The notes beneath the pieces are model-generated. The model was not told the origin of the DNA, ran no database searches, and saw nothing but the letters and a program-made list of their open reading frames with translations. A stretch of 64,000 nt of DNA, from NCBI GenBank assembly GCA_030390025.1, contig CM059431.1, forward strand, positions 118,608,001 to 118,672,000, given 5' to 3'. This DNA comes from Squalus acanthias (Eukaryota). The translations under genes and the position numbers were made by a program. This document shows positions 35,915 through 48,930 of this stretch, piece by piece. Each line of letters starts with the position of its first letter. Position 1 is the first letter of the stretch.

Positions 35915-37270
35915 TGTGACAGTTTGATATGAGTCTCTTCACTCTCCGTCCTGTGGCAGTTTGATCTGAGTCTCCTCACTCCATCCTGACAGTTTGTTCT
36001 GAGTCTCCTCACTCTGTCCTGTGGCAGTTTGTTCTGAGTCTCTTCACTCTCCGTCCTGTGGCAGTTTGAACTGAGTCTCCTCACTCCGTCCTGTGGCAGT
36101 TTGAACTGAGTCTCCTCACTCTCCGTCCTGTGGCAGTTTGTTCTGAGTCTCCTCACTCTCCGTCCTGTGGCAGTTTGATCTGAGTCTCCTCACTCTCCGT
36201 CCTGTGGCAGTTTGAACTGAGTCTCCTCACTCTCCGTCCTGTGGCAGTTTGTTCTGAGTCTCCTCACTCTCCGTCCTGTGGCAGTTTGTTCTGAGTCTCC
36301 TCACTCTCCGTCCTGTGGCAGTTTGTTCTGAGTCTCCTCACTCTCCGTCCTGTGGCAGTTTGTTCTGAGTCTCCTCACTCTCCGTCCTGTGGCAGTTTGT
36401 TCTGAGTCTCCTCACTCTCCGTCCTGTGGCAGTTTGTTCTGAGTCTCCTCACTCTCCGTCCTGTGGCAGTTTGATCTGAGTCTCCTCACTCTCCGTCCTG
36501 TGGCAGTTTGAACTGAGTCTCCTCACTCTCCGTCCTGTGGCAGTTTGTTCTGAGTCTCCTCACTCTCCGTCCTGTGGCAGTTTGTTCTGAGTCTCCTCAC
36601 TCTCCGTCCTGTGGCAGTTTGTTCTGAGTCTCCTCACTCTCCGTCCTGTGGCAGTTTGAACTGAGTCTCCTCACTCCGTCCTGACAGTTTGATCTGAGTC
36701 TCCTCACTCTCCGTCCTGTGGCAGTTTGTTCTGAGTCTCCTCACTCTCCGTCCTGTGGCAGTTTGAACTGAGTCTCCTCATTCCGTCCTGTGGCAGTTTG
36801 AACTGAGTCTCCTCACTCCGTCCTGACAGTTTGATCTGAGTCTCCTCACTCTCCGTCCTGTGGCAGTTTGTTCTGAGTCTCCTCACTCCGTCCTGACAGT
36901 TTGATCTGAGTCTCCTCACTCTCCGTCCTGTGGCAGTTTGAACTGAGTCTCCTCACTCCGTCCTGACAGTTTGATCTGAGTCTCCTCACTCTCCGTCCTG
37001 TGGCAGTTTGATCTGAGTCTCCTCACTCTCCGTCCTGTGGCAGTTTGTTCTGAGTCTCCTCACTCCGTCCTGACAGTTTGATCTGAGTCTCCTCACTCTC
37101 CGTCCTGTGGCAGTTTGTTCTGAGTCTCCTCACTCTCCGTCCTGTGGCAGTTTGTTCTGAGTCTCCTCACTCTCCGTCCTGTGGCAGTTTGAACTGAGTC
37201 TCCTCACTCTCCGTCCTGTGGCAGTTTGAACTGAGTCTCCTCACTCTCCGTCCTGTGGCAGTTTGAACTG
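35915..37270. repeat. Minisatellite, 37-bp unit CTGAGTCTCCTCACTCTCCGTCCTGTGGCAGTTTG(TT/AT/AA), with 35- and 33-bp variants, roughly 37 copies
   Basis: Directly visible head-to-tail repeats with no unique spacers, immediately upstream of CR1 ORF1. Confidence 0.97.
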
Positions 37271-37916
37271 AAATATTGTTTGAATTGAATGTCTTGGCCT
37301 CTCTGTCAGACATCAGGAACAGAGCAAAACCAATTAAATCTTTAACAATTGTATTAATTTAAGCTGGGATGTGATTCGAGAGTGAAACTAGCTTTTAAAC
37401 TCTTGTGCATCATGACAGAAAGAAGCCAACACTATGCTAAATCTTCGACAAAATTACCTCAATTTTGTCATACTAACTTTTATTTACATTCCATGTAACA
37501 AAATAAATACTTACTGGAGCATCTCCTACTGCTCTTAACAACTTGAAACGCTGGAACATTTTGCCTTCCTTTGTCCATCTTTTCTCGTACAATCTACACG
37601 CCAAGCTTGGTAACACCAAATCAGTAATTCCTGTTTTGGTTCTGCTCATTTTCAAATTTGGTGCTGTCCTGCACTGAGGACTTGGGTCTTCGACTTGATT
37701 TCTCAACAAAAACATTGACAAAAAATGGCATGGTGGAAGAGTGGCTACTTTGAAGAAGTTTTTAAAAGTGGGGAGAAAGATATGAAGGCAAGGGGAGAAG
37801 TTCAGAAACTAGAGCCAAGAGTGGAGGCCTCTTCCTCCAATGCAACATTAGAGAAAGGGTGGCTTGGGGGGGAGGAGAGATTCACATAGACAGCAGTAGA
37901 AGTTTTGGTAGCAAGT

Positions 37917-38352
37917 GTCAGCCATGGCTCAGTGGTCACACTCTCACCTCTGAGTCAGAACGTTGTGGGTTTGAGATCCACTTCAAAGACTCGATCACAA
38001 AAATCTAGGCTGACACTCCAGTGCAGTACTGAGGGAGTGCTGCACTATCAGAGGTGCTGTCGTGTGGATGAGACAGTAAACTGAGGCCCCGTCTGCCTCT
38101 CAGGTGGACATAACAGATCCATAGCACTATTTCAAAGAAGAGCTGGGGAGTTCTCCCGAGAATCCTGGCCAATATTTATCCTCAACCAACACCATTAAAA
38201 CAGAAATGTCTGGTCATTATCACATTGCTGTTTGTGGGACAAATTGTTCATAAATTGGCTGCTGTGTTTCCTACATTACAACAGTGAGTATACTTCAAAA
38301 GTACTTCATTAGCTGTAAAGTGCTTTGGGACGTCCTGAGGTTGTGAAAGGGT
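37917..38352 (+). mobile_element. tRNA-derived Deu-domain SINE, near full length
   Basis: Box A TGGCTCAGTGG and box B-like GGTTTGAGATCC, followed by the Deu core. Confidence 0.85.
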
Positions 38353-38760
38353 CTCTCTTTCTAGAAGACTAGACCGTGCACACTGGGAGATAGAGCTAGA
38401 GGAAGTTGCAGAAGTAAAATACAACAAGGTTCTGGAGCATTTGTAAATGAGGATGAGGATTTTGAATTTATTATGTTGATAGATGGGGAGCCAGTGGATG
38501 TCGATAAAGATGGGGTGATGTGCAAGCAGGACGTAGTGCAGAACAGAATGCAAATGATAAAGATTTGGTAATTGGGTGAATTGAATAATTTATAGAGTGG
38601 AGGTCGAGGAAGGCATTGGAGGTAACATAAATGTGGATCAGGATTTCAGTGATACTATGGGTCAGGTAAGAGCAGAGATAGGCAATGTTGCAGATGTGGA
38701 AGCACAGTTTAAATGATGGCTACTATATGGAGTTTGAAGCTCAACTGAGTGTTTAACAGG

Positions 38761-40448
38761 TGTAAGGTTTCCAAAATTTACAGATCCACAAAACCTAAGG
38801 AAAAAGGACTTTGGAACTACCTCAGAGTGATAAAAATGCATTTGGGCCTAACCTGAGGAATATAAGACCAAAAATCAAGTTTTGGCATTTTAAAAACATG
38901 TCTGGGCCTGTAAAGGAACAAGAGGTGGGAACAACCTCTGTAAAAGCAGTTTTGGGTATTGCAGTTAATTGCAATATCTGGGGAACTGGGATGAACTCAC
39001 TCAAAGCCCCAGCAAGCATTAACATTTTGACAAAAGACCCTAGGAGAAGACAGTCCCACCCAAAACAACAGGTCCCATCAAACCGATTACAGGGCCCATC
39101 AAGAAACATGCATAATACAGAGCACCCAGGACTAGGCTATAGATCAACCTAGGAACCCAAAACACAAAACCAATCACCAGCAATCAGCCAAGAAGATCGA
39201 CAGGATGCAAACCATCCCAAAACCCATTTGACACTTACAGAGCAGTTACTGGTAGCAGGCCCGCCAAATTCAGACAATGAACTGAACAGATTTGGCGGGT
39301 AGATAAGGCCATATTCAATGGGTCAGATTGAAGGCCTGTTAAAACCCAGTTAACGTGCTGGTAAATCGTTACCGATTTATGAGCCCGCCAAAACTAGACA
39401 ATGAACTGAACAGATTTGGCGGGTAGATAAGGCCACTTCAATTCTGTATAATTGAAGGCCCACCAAGCACAGAGAGCGAGAAGAGAGAGAAACAACACAG
39501 TTCAAAGTCGTTGGGCCGAGCAGTCAGTCGCAACCGGTGGTCATCAGAAGGAGGAGAGACCAAGAAGAAGAAGGCCCGAGCTGGAAGCGAGTCAGCATCG
39601 CTCACCACTCAGACACACCTGAGTCCAGCTCGCGAAGACACCACCTCGACGGACCCCCAACAACGGCCCCAACACAGTCACCCGGAGCAATAAGCAGCAA
39701 CAAGTCACCGACGGCTCCACGAGGTCGACTGACACACTAAACAAGGCCTAAAGCCATCGCGGAAAACAAAGGCCTCACGAAACCAACAACCGCGCATTAC
39801 CCCCAACTGACTGGGTAATTGTAGGCCACTGCGACCAACAAAGACCAACTCCAGGGAAGAAAACCCGAAGAATCGCAAAGTTTCCACACTACAAACTACT
39901 CCTGACTTACCCCTGGGTAAGATTTTCCCCAAAGACTCTAAGCCCTACTGCTCAACTAAAGAAATTGGGTACTCACCAGATAAATCCATAACGACATCCT
40001 ACCACATCAGCAGACTCGCAAAGACTGACCAGAGACCCAGGTGAAGTCCTCTACCGCATACGGGGTACGGCAGACACTAACCGCCATAAACAGCGAACCC
40101 CAAAACCGCGATTTAGCCCAACTGTCAAAGGATTGGTGAGCATTATCCCTGGTCCTTCAAAACCTAACTTAGCTAGTAAAGTGGGGTTGGGAGGGGTGAA
40201 GTATTGTTCTACTGTCATTTCCCTCGCTTGTACCGAAGTGTTCCCCACCTTTAGAGTGATAAGAGTGTTATTATTTGTGTCTTACCTTTTAATAAAGATT
40301 GAAGTTCTTTCATCAAACTCAGTTGTCTGCTGCACCTTTTGTATCACAACCCCCAAATAAGTCCACGGTCTAGAACCAAGGGGGTGGGAGCGATTCGAAC
40401 CGCTCAGAAGTCAGAGGTAAAGCTGACACAAAACCACCATCCCCTACA
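38761..40448 (+). mobile_element. Solo LTR
   Basis: TGTA...TACA termini and 4-bp TSD CAGG (38757-38760, 40449-40452). Duplicated ~52-bp enhancer-like block, TATA-like TGTATAA at ~39445, AATAAA at 40291. Confidence 0.85.
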
Positions 40449-41221
40449 CAGGACATGGTAAATTATGTTCCATCAAGTTCAGCCTGAGCGAGCAGCTGGG
40501 GAAGGGGAATGGAGTTGGGGAGGTGGAAGTTATGGAGGAGAAATCGGTGCGTGTTGCACCCATCTTTTAGGCTTAAAATGGACACAACACATCCCAATTT
40601 CTGGGTGCGAGATCCTGCACCCAATCCGCGCTGCAGGCATGGCTGCCATCTTATTGGTCCTTGCTGGTTTTAGGCTTCCCTGGCTGCCACTTGAAAGCAA
40701 TGCTGACTTAATTTAAATATGCAAAGAATGTTCCCACGCCTGTATCAGGATCCTTCGTTAAACACTAGGCAGAGCAGGCCCTGTGCATGTTCAGTCTAGT
40801 TTTTCCAGTTCAATAGGAGTTTAACCAGCAGTCCTTAAAGAGACTGCTGGAGGCCGCAGTAAAACAAGTCAGTAATTTTTTTTTACACTTACATTTTTTT
40901 GGTGCTGTGGGGAGCAGGACCCCTTCTCCCAGCTCCACAGCACTACTGCGGGCATCTGCCAACCCACAATCGCTCTCCTCCCCCCCTCCCAGGGCTTACC
41001 TCATGGCCACTGGCAGCATGGCAGGCGGCCCACATTGGTCCAGTGGGGAGTGGCGAACTGTCTCTGGAGGCATAACAGCCCCCGGCAGCTTGCTGCACAT
41101 ATTAAGTTAAAGCCCGAGGACCGATTTCGAGAGATTCTCGGGCTGACCTTTTCGCCGCACCCTTCCGTCACATCATCTACTCCCTCCCCATAGTTGGGCG
41201 CTAACAAATTTCAAATTCATA

Positions 41222-42923
41222 GGCTGCAATTTCGCCGACCGAGGTGGTGCCGGGGCGGCCGGGGTCGGTGTCGCGGTCCCAGCCCGCTGCCTACTGCAGC
41301 ACGCACTCTCCAAGTGATTTTTCATTGATTAGGCTTGTTAAGCCCGCCCTGCAAGGTTCCCGGCCAATTAAAATGAAGCGGGTCTAATGACGTCATTTGA
41401 TGACGCGTCATCAGCCAGTTTCCTTAAAGGGGCCACGTCCACAATCATTTTGACAGTTGTGCTGTCAGTGTTCTGCAGCATTGAAGTGCTGCAAACACTG
41501 ACAAGCACTGTACAATGGTACACGGCTGCACCCAGGCTCTCCCATGACTCCCTCCATATGCTTATTGAGGGAGTCACAGCACGCAGGGAGATCCTCTTCC
41601 CTTCCAAGGGTGGAAGAGACCTCCCCAGGAAATCAACACAGCCTGGTTGCACATTACACAGCAGGCAACAAGCAGGAATGTTGTCAGGAGGACCAGGCTG
41701 CAGTGGCGCAAACCTTTCAATGATCTCAGTAGATCACGAAACGTTACTGCAAAGCCACACTCAACCTCATCCTGCTGTGCCACTCATCACATCCCCATAG
41801 CTCTGACTTCCCTACCCTACTCCTTGCACATCTTTATTCACACCAACTTACCTTGCACCTCCACGTATCCCTCTCTATATACATTATCACTTCCCCATCT
41901 CACTAGCCACCCCTCACACTCACCCTCATCCTAGCCCAATCATACAACTAAGAACACACAAGGGTAGGCACTTGGGTGTCTTATGCAATGTTCATGTAAA
42001 TTTTCTGCTAATGTGTTGTCAAACATTGAAATCTTGATTTTCAACACTTTGCCTTATTGGACAGATCTGTGCTCACCTTTGAAAGTGTCTTAGTGAGTTC
42101 CAATGAATGGTGAGACATAACTTCCTTTCCCCCCACTGCCCCCCACAAATGTGAAGAGTGTGAAAGGAATGGCTTGGACATTGTAGGGATGCTTTATGGT
42201 GCTGGTGCGGGCTGCTGTCAACCTGGTGCATCATGTGGCAGCCAGGGTGTACAGCATCAAGTGAAGTAAATCTGGCCATGGTGATGCCATCGCTGGCCTC
42301 CCGGGCAGCAATGTGGTCGGGTGCCGATGTCCTGTGCAGCATCAGGTGATTGCGGAGAAGGTTGGTGTTGTTGTTGGTGATGTTGGTGTGTCTGGTGATG
42401 TTGGTGTTGGGCTGATTGTGGAGGGATTCAGAGGACCTAGGTGAGATGTCTTCAAGGGCACCGGTGTTGTTGGAATAGATGACAGCTGAAGTTGAGATGA
42501 CAGAAGCGATCTGTCAATGGTGAGTGAGCTTGCTCCAAGGATGTGACAGTGGATAGAGAGTTTATAGAGAGTTTACTCCAAACGCTTCCAAACTGCATAC
42601 AGCTCAAAAGTGTCTTCCAAGTCCTGAAGGCTCAAGCTTCTGATATTGGAAACTGACCAACTGTGAAATGGTAGCTTTCATACCACTTTTGCAGCTGTCA
42701 CCTATTCATAGCAATGGAGAGACTTAGAGAACCCGACCTACTTACCTGACGTGATCTCCTAATGACATGAACCTTGTTAAAAAAGTGGGAAATGGAAATA
42801 GGCTGGTAAAATAGTAGTTAACAAGCGTTTAACAAGCATTTAACTACCCGCTGTCAATCATTTCGATTTTAACAGCGAACCCGCCTCCAAACCCATACTC
42901 TGAGCGCCGGCAAAATTCAGCCC
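41222..42923 (+). mobile_element. Non-autonomous Harbinger element with a Myb exon remnant
   Basis: TIR GGCTGCAATTT / AAATTCAGCCC; TSD ATA; APRLSHDSLHMLIEGVTARREILFPS...RTRLQWRKPFNDL. Confidence 0.8.
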
Positions 42924-44842
42924 ATAGAGTTTATCCTTGCTCCTGACTCCATCAAGCTCTACCATTATGTTTTAAAATGATTGATTTACATCTTAAGACA
43001 TCACTGAGGAATATTATAGTATTCTCTGTCATATGTGATGAGAAATGAACAGACATTGAATTTTATAGTATGATCATGGGCTGAGTCTCGTAACTCATAT
43101 CGAATGATGGCTGTTGTGGATGGATTAACACAACTATCAATCAAATGGGGAGTGCTAATAATATATTTAGTTTAGAAATATGAAACAAAGCCTCAAGATT
43201 CAAGTACTACCTTTAACTCCTACCATGATAGCTACTTTTTAACGTAAGTTATGCATTTCCAAAATTAAAAAGAAGAGGATCATTGACACATACTATTATG
43301 AAACCAGTGTTGTGAGAAGAATTGAATCAGGCCACCATGTTCCTGAAGAAACATTGGGTAAACCTTTTTGTAGGTAAGCACAGTTGGCAATGAAACAAGT
43401 TATGTTGAGACATCACTTTGTCACTGACATGCGGTGTCATTGTGACAAAAAAATGATACATGGATCTTCTGACTCCTCTTCATTCCAATTAAAAAATGAT
43501 TCCTTGCACTTTTTCATGAAGATGCTGTCCTTAAAATAACATTAGAAGTGATAGCTATGAAGGCGACTAACTTGGATTTTAATGTCAGCAATCTAGAATG
43601 ACTTCACATTATTTATAGATTGATCTAATAAAGATATTTTTAACTGCAGTTTATGAGGTAATTGTATAGTTAATACATAATGCATTATATTCTTATTCAG
43701 AAATTGCTCAAGAACTTATGTTGCATCAAATTCTGAAATAAAATGATAGCTATCAAAGCAAAAAGGACAATACGGTCAAATATACTGATCAGTTGTATTT
43801 CTTTTACAGTCAGAATCGATTTTCCCTTTTGTAGTTAATATCGAACAGTGTTAACTGGCCAACCTAAAACTGATAGGGAGTGTTTGAATAGGTACAATTC
43901 TAATGTTGCTATAACAACTCCATTTCTCCAAACATATAAGTACAGAACATTGCCATCTATTCATTTAATTTATAGCAGGAACTGTTGCTAAGTGCTCAAT
44001 TCAGAATGGTCGAAATAGACAAGTGCAATTCCTTGGTAACATTTCATTCGGGTAGATTTTAACTTTTGTGCGGCTGCATGGTCATTCCTAGGGCAAAGAG
44101 GCCAGAGCCATTTTAAGGCCCAGGCCTCATTTAGCTGGATCCGACAAGCTGCGGGCACGAAACAGGCATTTTAATGCCTGCCGAATTTCAGTGCAGCGGG
44201 GGTGGCGGTGGGAGGGGGGGGGAGGAGAGGGGGGAGCAAGCCCAGGACAGCAGAGGCCCACAGTATTTTTGTGGAGCCAGGAGGAGCCATTCTTGGACCA
44301 CAGATTAGACCGCTCAGTGCCAGGATACGGGGCCGGCGCACACACCCCCACGAGGCACTTTAAATTGCAATTGGGGTCCTAAATATGTAATAGAACTCCG
44401 TTTTGCATAATCAAGAGACCTACCACCTGACCTAGTACTGGTGCTCCAGCCACCCAGGGGAAAGCCCCTTTCAAAATGGCAACGGCAGGAGTGTTGGCAT
44501 TAATGGGGTGGTAAGTCGATTTCATTTCGAACCTGTTACCCTGTTAATGTCAATTTTGGACAATTAAAACCATCATGATTGTGCATAGCACTTTTTGTCC
44601 GTCACTGCTAGATTCTTCCTAATGCTTTGAAGGACATATTAAAATATCAAACACAGTCTCCTCCAGTTAAACCGCCCATGTTTAAATTGGGCAATCATTT
44701 AAACCACTACCTATTTTCCATTTCCATTATCGTAAATTACAAAGTTGTTGCTTACAGCGTGTTAAGTACACCAATATATCGGGCAGAAACAGGGGTTCAC
44801 TCAGTAGTTCACACCTTGTTAAGGTACAATTGCCTAGTAAAC

Positions 44843-46703
44843 TTAGAATCATAGAAATTTACGGCATAGAAGGAGGCCATTCGGCCCATCATGTCTGTGA
44901 CGGCTGAAAAAGAGCTATCCAGCCTAATCCCACTTTCCAACTCTTGGTCCATAGTCTTGTAGATTACAGCACTTCAAGTGCATATCACATTTACTTTTTA
45001 AATGTGATGAGGGTTTCTGCCTCTAACACCCTTTCAGGCAGTGAGTTCCAGACCACCCTCTGGGTGAAAAAAGTTCTCCTCAACTCCCCTCTAATCCTTC
45101 TACCAATTACTTTAAATCTATGCCCCCTCATTATTGACCTCTCTGCTAAGGGAAACAGGTCCTTCCTATCCATTCTATCTAGGCCCCTCATAATTTTATA
45201 CACCTCAATTAAGTCTCCCCTCAGCCTCCTCTGCTGCAAAGAAAACAACCCCAAACTATCCAATCTTTCCTCATAGCTAAATTTCCAGTCCTAGTAACAT
45301 CCTCGTAAATCTCTTCTGTACCCTCTCTAGTGCAATCACATCTTTCCTGTAATATGGTGACCAGAACTGTACGCAGTACTCTCACTGTGGCCTAACTAGT
45401 GTTTTATGTAGTTCAACCATAATCTCCTGCTCTTATATTGTATGTCTCGGCTAATAAAGGAAAGTATCCCATATGCCATCTTAACCACCTTATCTACCTG
45501 TCCTGCTACCTTCAGGGATCTGTGGACATGAACTCCAAGGTCTCTCTGTTCCTCTACACTTCTCCGTTTCCTACCATTTATTGCCTGGTTAGCCCTCCCC
45601 AAATGCATTACCTCACACTTCTCTGGACTGAATTTCATTTGCCACTTTTCTGCCCACCTGACCAGTCCATTGATATCTTCCTGTAGTCTACAGCTTTCTT
45701 CCTCACTATCAACCACATGGCCAAATTTTGTATCCTCTGCAAACTTCTTAATCATGCCCCCTACATTGAAGTCTAAATCATTGATATATACCACAAGAAC
45801 CAAGGGACCCAGTACTGAGCCCTGTGGAACCCCCTTGGAAACAGCCTTCAAGTCACAAAAACACCCGTCGACCATTATTGATTGCTTCCTGCCACTGAGC
45901 CAATTTTGGAGCCAACTTGCCACTTTCCCTTGGATCCCATGGGCTTTTATTTTTCTGACCAGTCTGCCATGTGGGACCTTGTCAAAAGCCTTGCTAAAAT
46001 CCATGTAGACTACATCATACACGCTACCCTCATCGACCCTCCTTGTTACCTTATCAAATAATTAAATCAAGTTAGTCAGACATGACCTTCCCTTAACAAA
46101 TCCATGCTGACTGAAATTGATTAATCCATGCCTTTCTAAATGATGATTAATACTATCCCTCAGAATTTTTTCTAATAATTTGCCCACCACCGAGGTTAGG
46201 TTGACAGGCCTGTAATTATTCAGTCTATCCCTTTCTCCCTTTTTAAACAACAGTACAATGTTAGCAGTCCTCCGTCACCACACCTGTAGCCAGAGAGGAT
46301 TAAAAAATGATGGTCAGAGCCTCCGCTATTTCCTCCCTTGCTTCTCTTAACAGCCTGGGATACATTTCATCCGGGCCTGGTGATTTATCTACTTTCAAAG
46401 ATGCTAAACCCCTTAATATTTCCCCTCTCACTATATTTATCTCATCTAATATTTCACACTCCTCTTTCTTAACTACAATGGGCTGGATTTTGATACTGGG
46501 GCGGGCTTGGCTCGTGTCATCCACTTTTCATCTTATCCACCCGACTGCAATTGGATGTGGGAGATTGATGCAATTTTCACCTAATTGGGCAATTGAGTTC
46601 CAGCATGTGGGAACCCATGAACCAATTAGTGTTTTCAGTCTGAAAGTCGCCTTTGATGATGTCATCATTGCTGTTGCATTGAAGGTCTTCAAAGACTGCC
46701 TGG

Positions 46704-46744
<41 letters not shown>

Positions 46745-48930
46745 AATGAATCCAGCCAGCCAGCCAATGTGCTCCCGCCAGGTTTCACAATCGTGGTTCA
46801 GAACAGGCGTGCTTCACGTAGAACAAGGGTTAAAATCACAAAGGCCTTTCAAAATGGCATTATAGAGCCAATTTAGTGCTTGTTAAGGGCCTTAACAGCC
46901 TATCCTGTCTCTTAAAGGCGGGACGCAGTCGGGACCAGCACACACGATTTCATGAAAATTGCGTGGAGGCGGGATGGAGGCGGACTTGTGCCCGCCCGCC
47001 AGTTTTCGCAATTTTAACCCCCACACGCCTCCAAACCCGCCTCCACGGGTCAATGAAAATCCAGCCCATTCTGCATCATCCCCCTCTTCTGTGAAGATAG
47101 ATGCAATGTATTCATTAAGAATCATGCCCACGTCTTCCGCCTCCATGCACAGGTTACCTTTTTGGTCTCGAATAGGCCCTACTCTTTCCTTAGTTATCCT
47201 CTTGCTCTTTATGTATTTGTAAAACATCTTTGGGTTTTCCTTGATTTTAATTGCCAATATTTTTTCATGTCCTCTCTTTGCTTTCCTAATTTCCTTTTTA
47301 ATTGAAACCCTGCACATTCTATACTCCTCTAGGCTTTCTGCAGTATTTAGCTCTTAGTATCTGACATAAGCATCCCTTTTTTGCCTTATCCTACCCTTTA
47401 TGCCCCTTGACATCCAGGGAGCTCTAGATTTGGGAGTCCCACCCTTTTTCTTTGTGGGAATATATTTACTCTGAACCCTCACTATCTCCTCCTTGAATGG
47501 CTCTGACACTGATTTACTTTCAAGTAGCTGTTTCCAGTCCACTTTTGCTAAATCACATCTCAGCTTAGTAAAACTGACCTTTCCCCAATTGAGAACTTTT
47601 ACTCCTGGTCAATCTTTGTTCTTTTCCATAACTACGCTAAATCTAACTGAATTATGATCACTACCACTAAAATGCTCTCCCATTGATACCCCTTCCACCT
47701 GCCCAGCTTCATTCCCTAAAACTAAGTCCAGAACCACCCCCATTCTTGTTGGGCTTGCTACGTACTGGCTAAAAAAGTTCTCCTGAATGCATTTAAAGAA
47801 TTCTGCGCCCTCTATACCTTTTACACTGATTCTATCCCAGTTACTATTAGGGTAGTTCAATCCCCTACTATTACTGCCCTATTGTTTTTGCACTTCTCAG
47901 AAATGTGCCTACATATTTGCTCTTCTATCTCCCTCTAACTACTTGGGGGTCTTTAGTACACTCCCAGCAGTGTGTTTGGCCCTTTTTGGTTCCTTCAGTT
48001 CAATCCATATGGCTTCATTTGATGATCCTTCTAACATATCATCCCTCCTCAAAGCTATAATTGTTTCTTTAACCAATATTGTGACCACCCCTCCTTTTTT
48101 TATCCCCTTCTCTATCTCATCTGAAAACCCTGTAACCAGGAATATTGAGCTGCCATTCCTGCCCTTCTTTCTGCCATGTTTCAGGAATAGCTATGATTTC
48201 TTACTTCCACGTGTCTATCTGTGCCCTCAGCTCATCTGCCTTATTTACTAGACTCTTTGCGTTGAAGTATATACCATTAAGCATTGCCAAATCCCTTTGT
48301 TGTCTATTTTCTAGCCTTTGTTTCCTCTGCCTTCCAAACTCACTTCCTAATTTACTGCCTTCCATTTCCAGCTTTGCTTCTCTCCCTTCTGAATCTATGC
48401 TCAGGTTCCCATCCCCCTGCCAAGCTAGTTCCATCCTGGTGTCACTTCTATGGCCGCAGAAATGCCTGTCTGTTCCCCTAACTATTGAATCCCCTATCAC
48501 TATTGCTTTTCTGACCTTCCTCCTTCCACCCTGTACAGCTGAGCCACCCATGGTGCAGTGGACTTGGCTCTGGCTGTACTCCTCAGAGGAACCATCGCCC
48601 TCACCAGTATCGGTTAGAGAACAAGATGCACTCAGAAGACTCCTGCACTACCTGCCTGGTCCTCCTTGTCTGTCTGGTGGTCACCGATTCCCTGTCTGCC
48701 TGCAAACTCTTACGCTGCAGGGTGACCACCTCCTGAAAAGTGCTATCCACGTAGCTCTCAGCCTTGGGGCGCCAGCCGCTGCTCAAGCTCCGAAACTCGG
48801 AGCTCGAGCTCCTCCAGCTGATGACACTTCCTGCACATGTGGTTGTCCAGGACACGAGAAGCATCCTGGACTTCCCACATGGCACAGGATTCCCACATGG
48901 CACTTAATCACCTCTAACTGTTGCTGAATT
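44843..48930 (-). mobile_element. Older, degraded near-full-length CR1 (ORF1 remnant + ORF2)
   Basis: AIVIGDSIVRG (ORF1 esterase), YFNAKSL, LDLVL, SDHN, DFSKAFDKVPH, GVPQGSVLGP; many frameshifts; TAGAATCATAGAA tail. Confidence 0.9.
46480..47067. mobile_element. Harbinger-like MITE inserted in CR1 ORF2
   Basis: Perfect 12-bp TIR GGGCTGGATTTT / AAAATCCAGCCC; flanks AAT/ATT; internal (GA)n. Confidence 0.8.

Larger units (their letters stand above)
31702..37270 (-). mobile_element. Full-length, young CR1 LINE
   Basis: 5' tandem array, intact ORF1, ORF2 with a single frameshift, 3' UTR and (TTCTTATG)n-type tail (plus strand TAAGAACATAAGAACATAAGAA, 31702-31723). Confidence 0.95.

Noticed and set aside
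35893..36919. Repetitive ORFs within the minisatellite
   Set aside because: By-products of the tandem repeat translated from alternative start codons.
35915..37270. CRISPR-like array (37-bp repeats near an RT gene)
   Set aside because: Units are directly head-to-tail with no unique spacers; no cas genes; eukaryotic CR1 context.
31690..37280. TSD for the full-length CR1
   Set aside because: Only a weak ATATT match on both flanks; not convincing.
37917..37990. tRNA gene
   Set aside because: Only degenerate A/B boxes, continuing directly into the SINE core; no complete cloverleaf.
43262..43374. Possible exon ending in TAG|GTAAGC
   Set aside because: No clear acceptor or polypyrimidine tract, and the peptide is unrecognisable.
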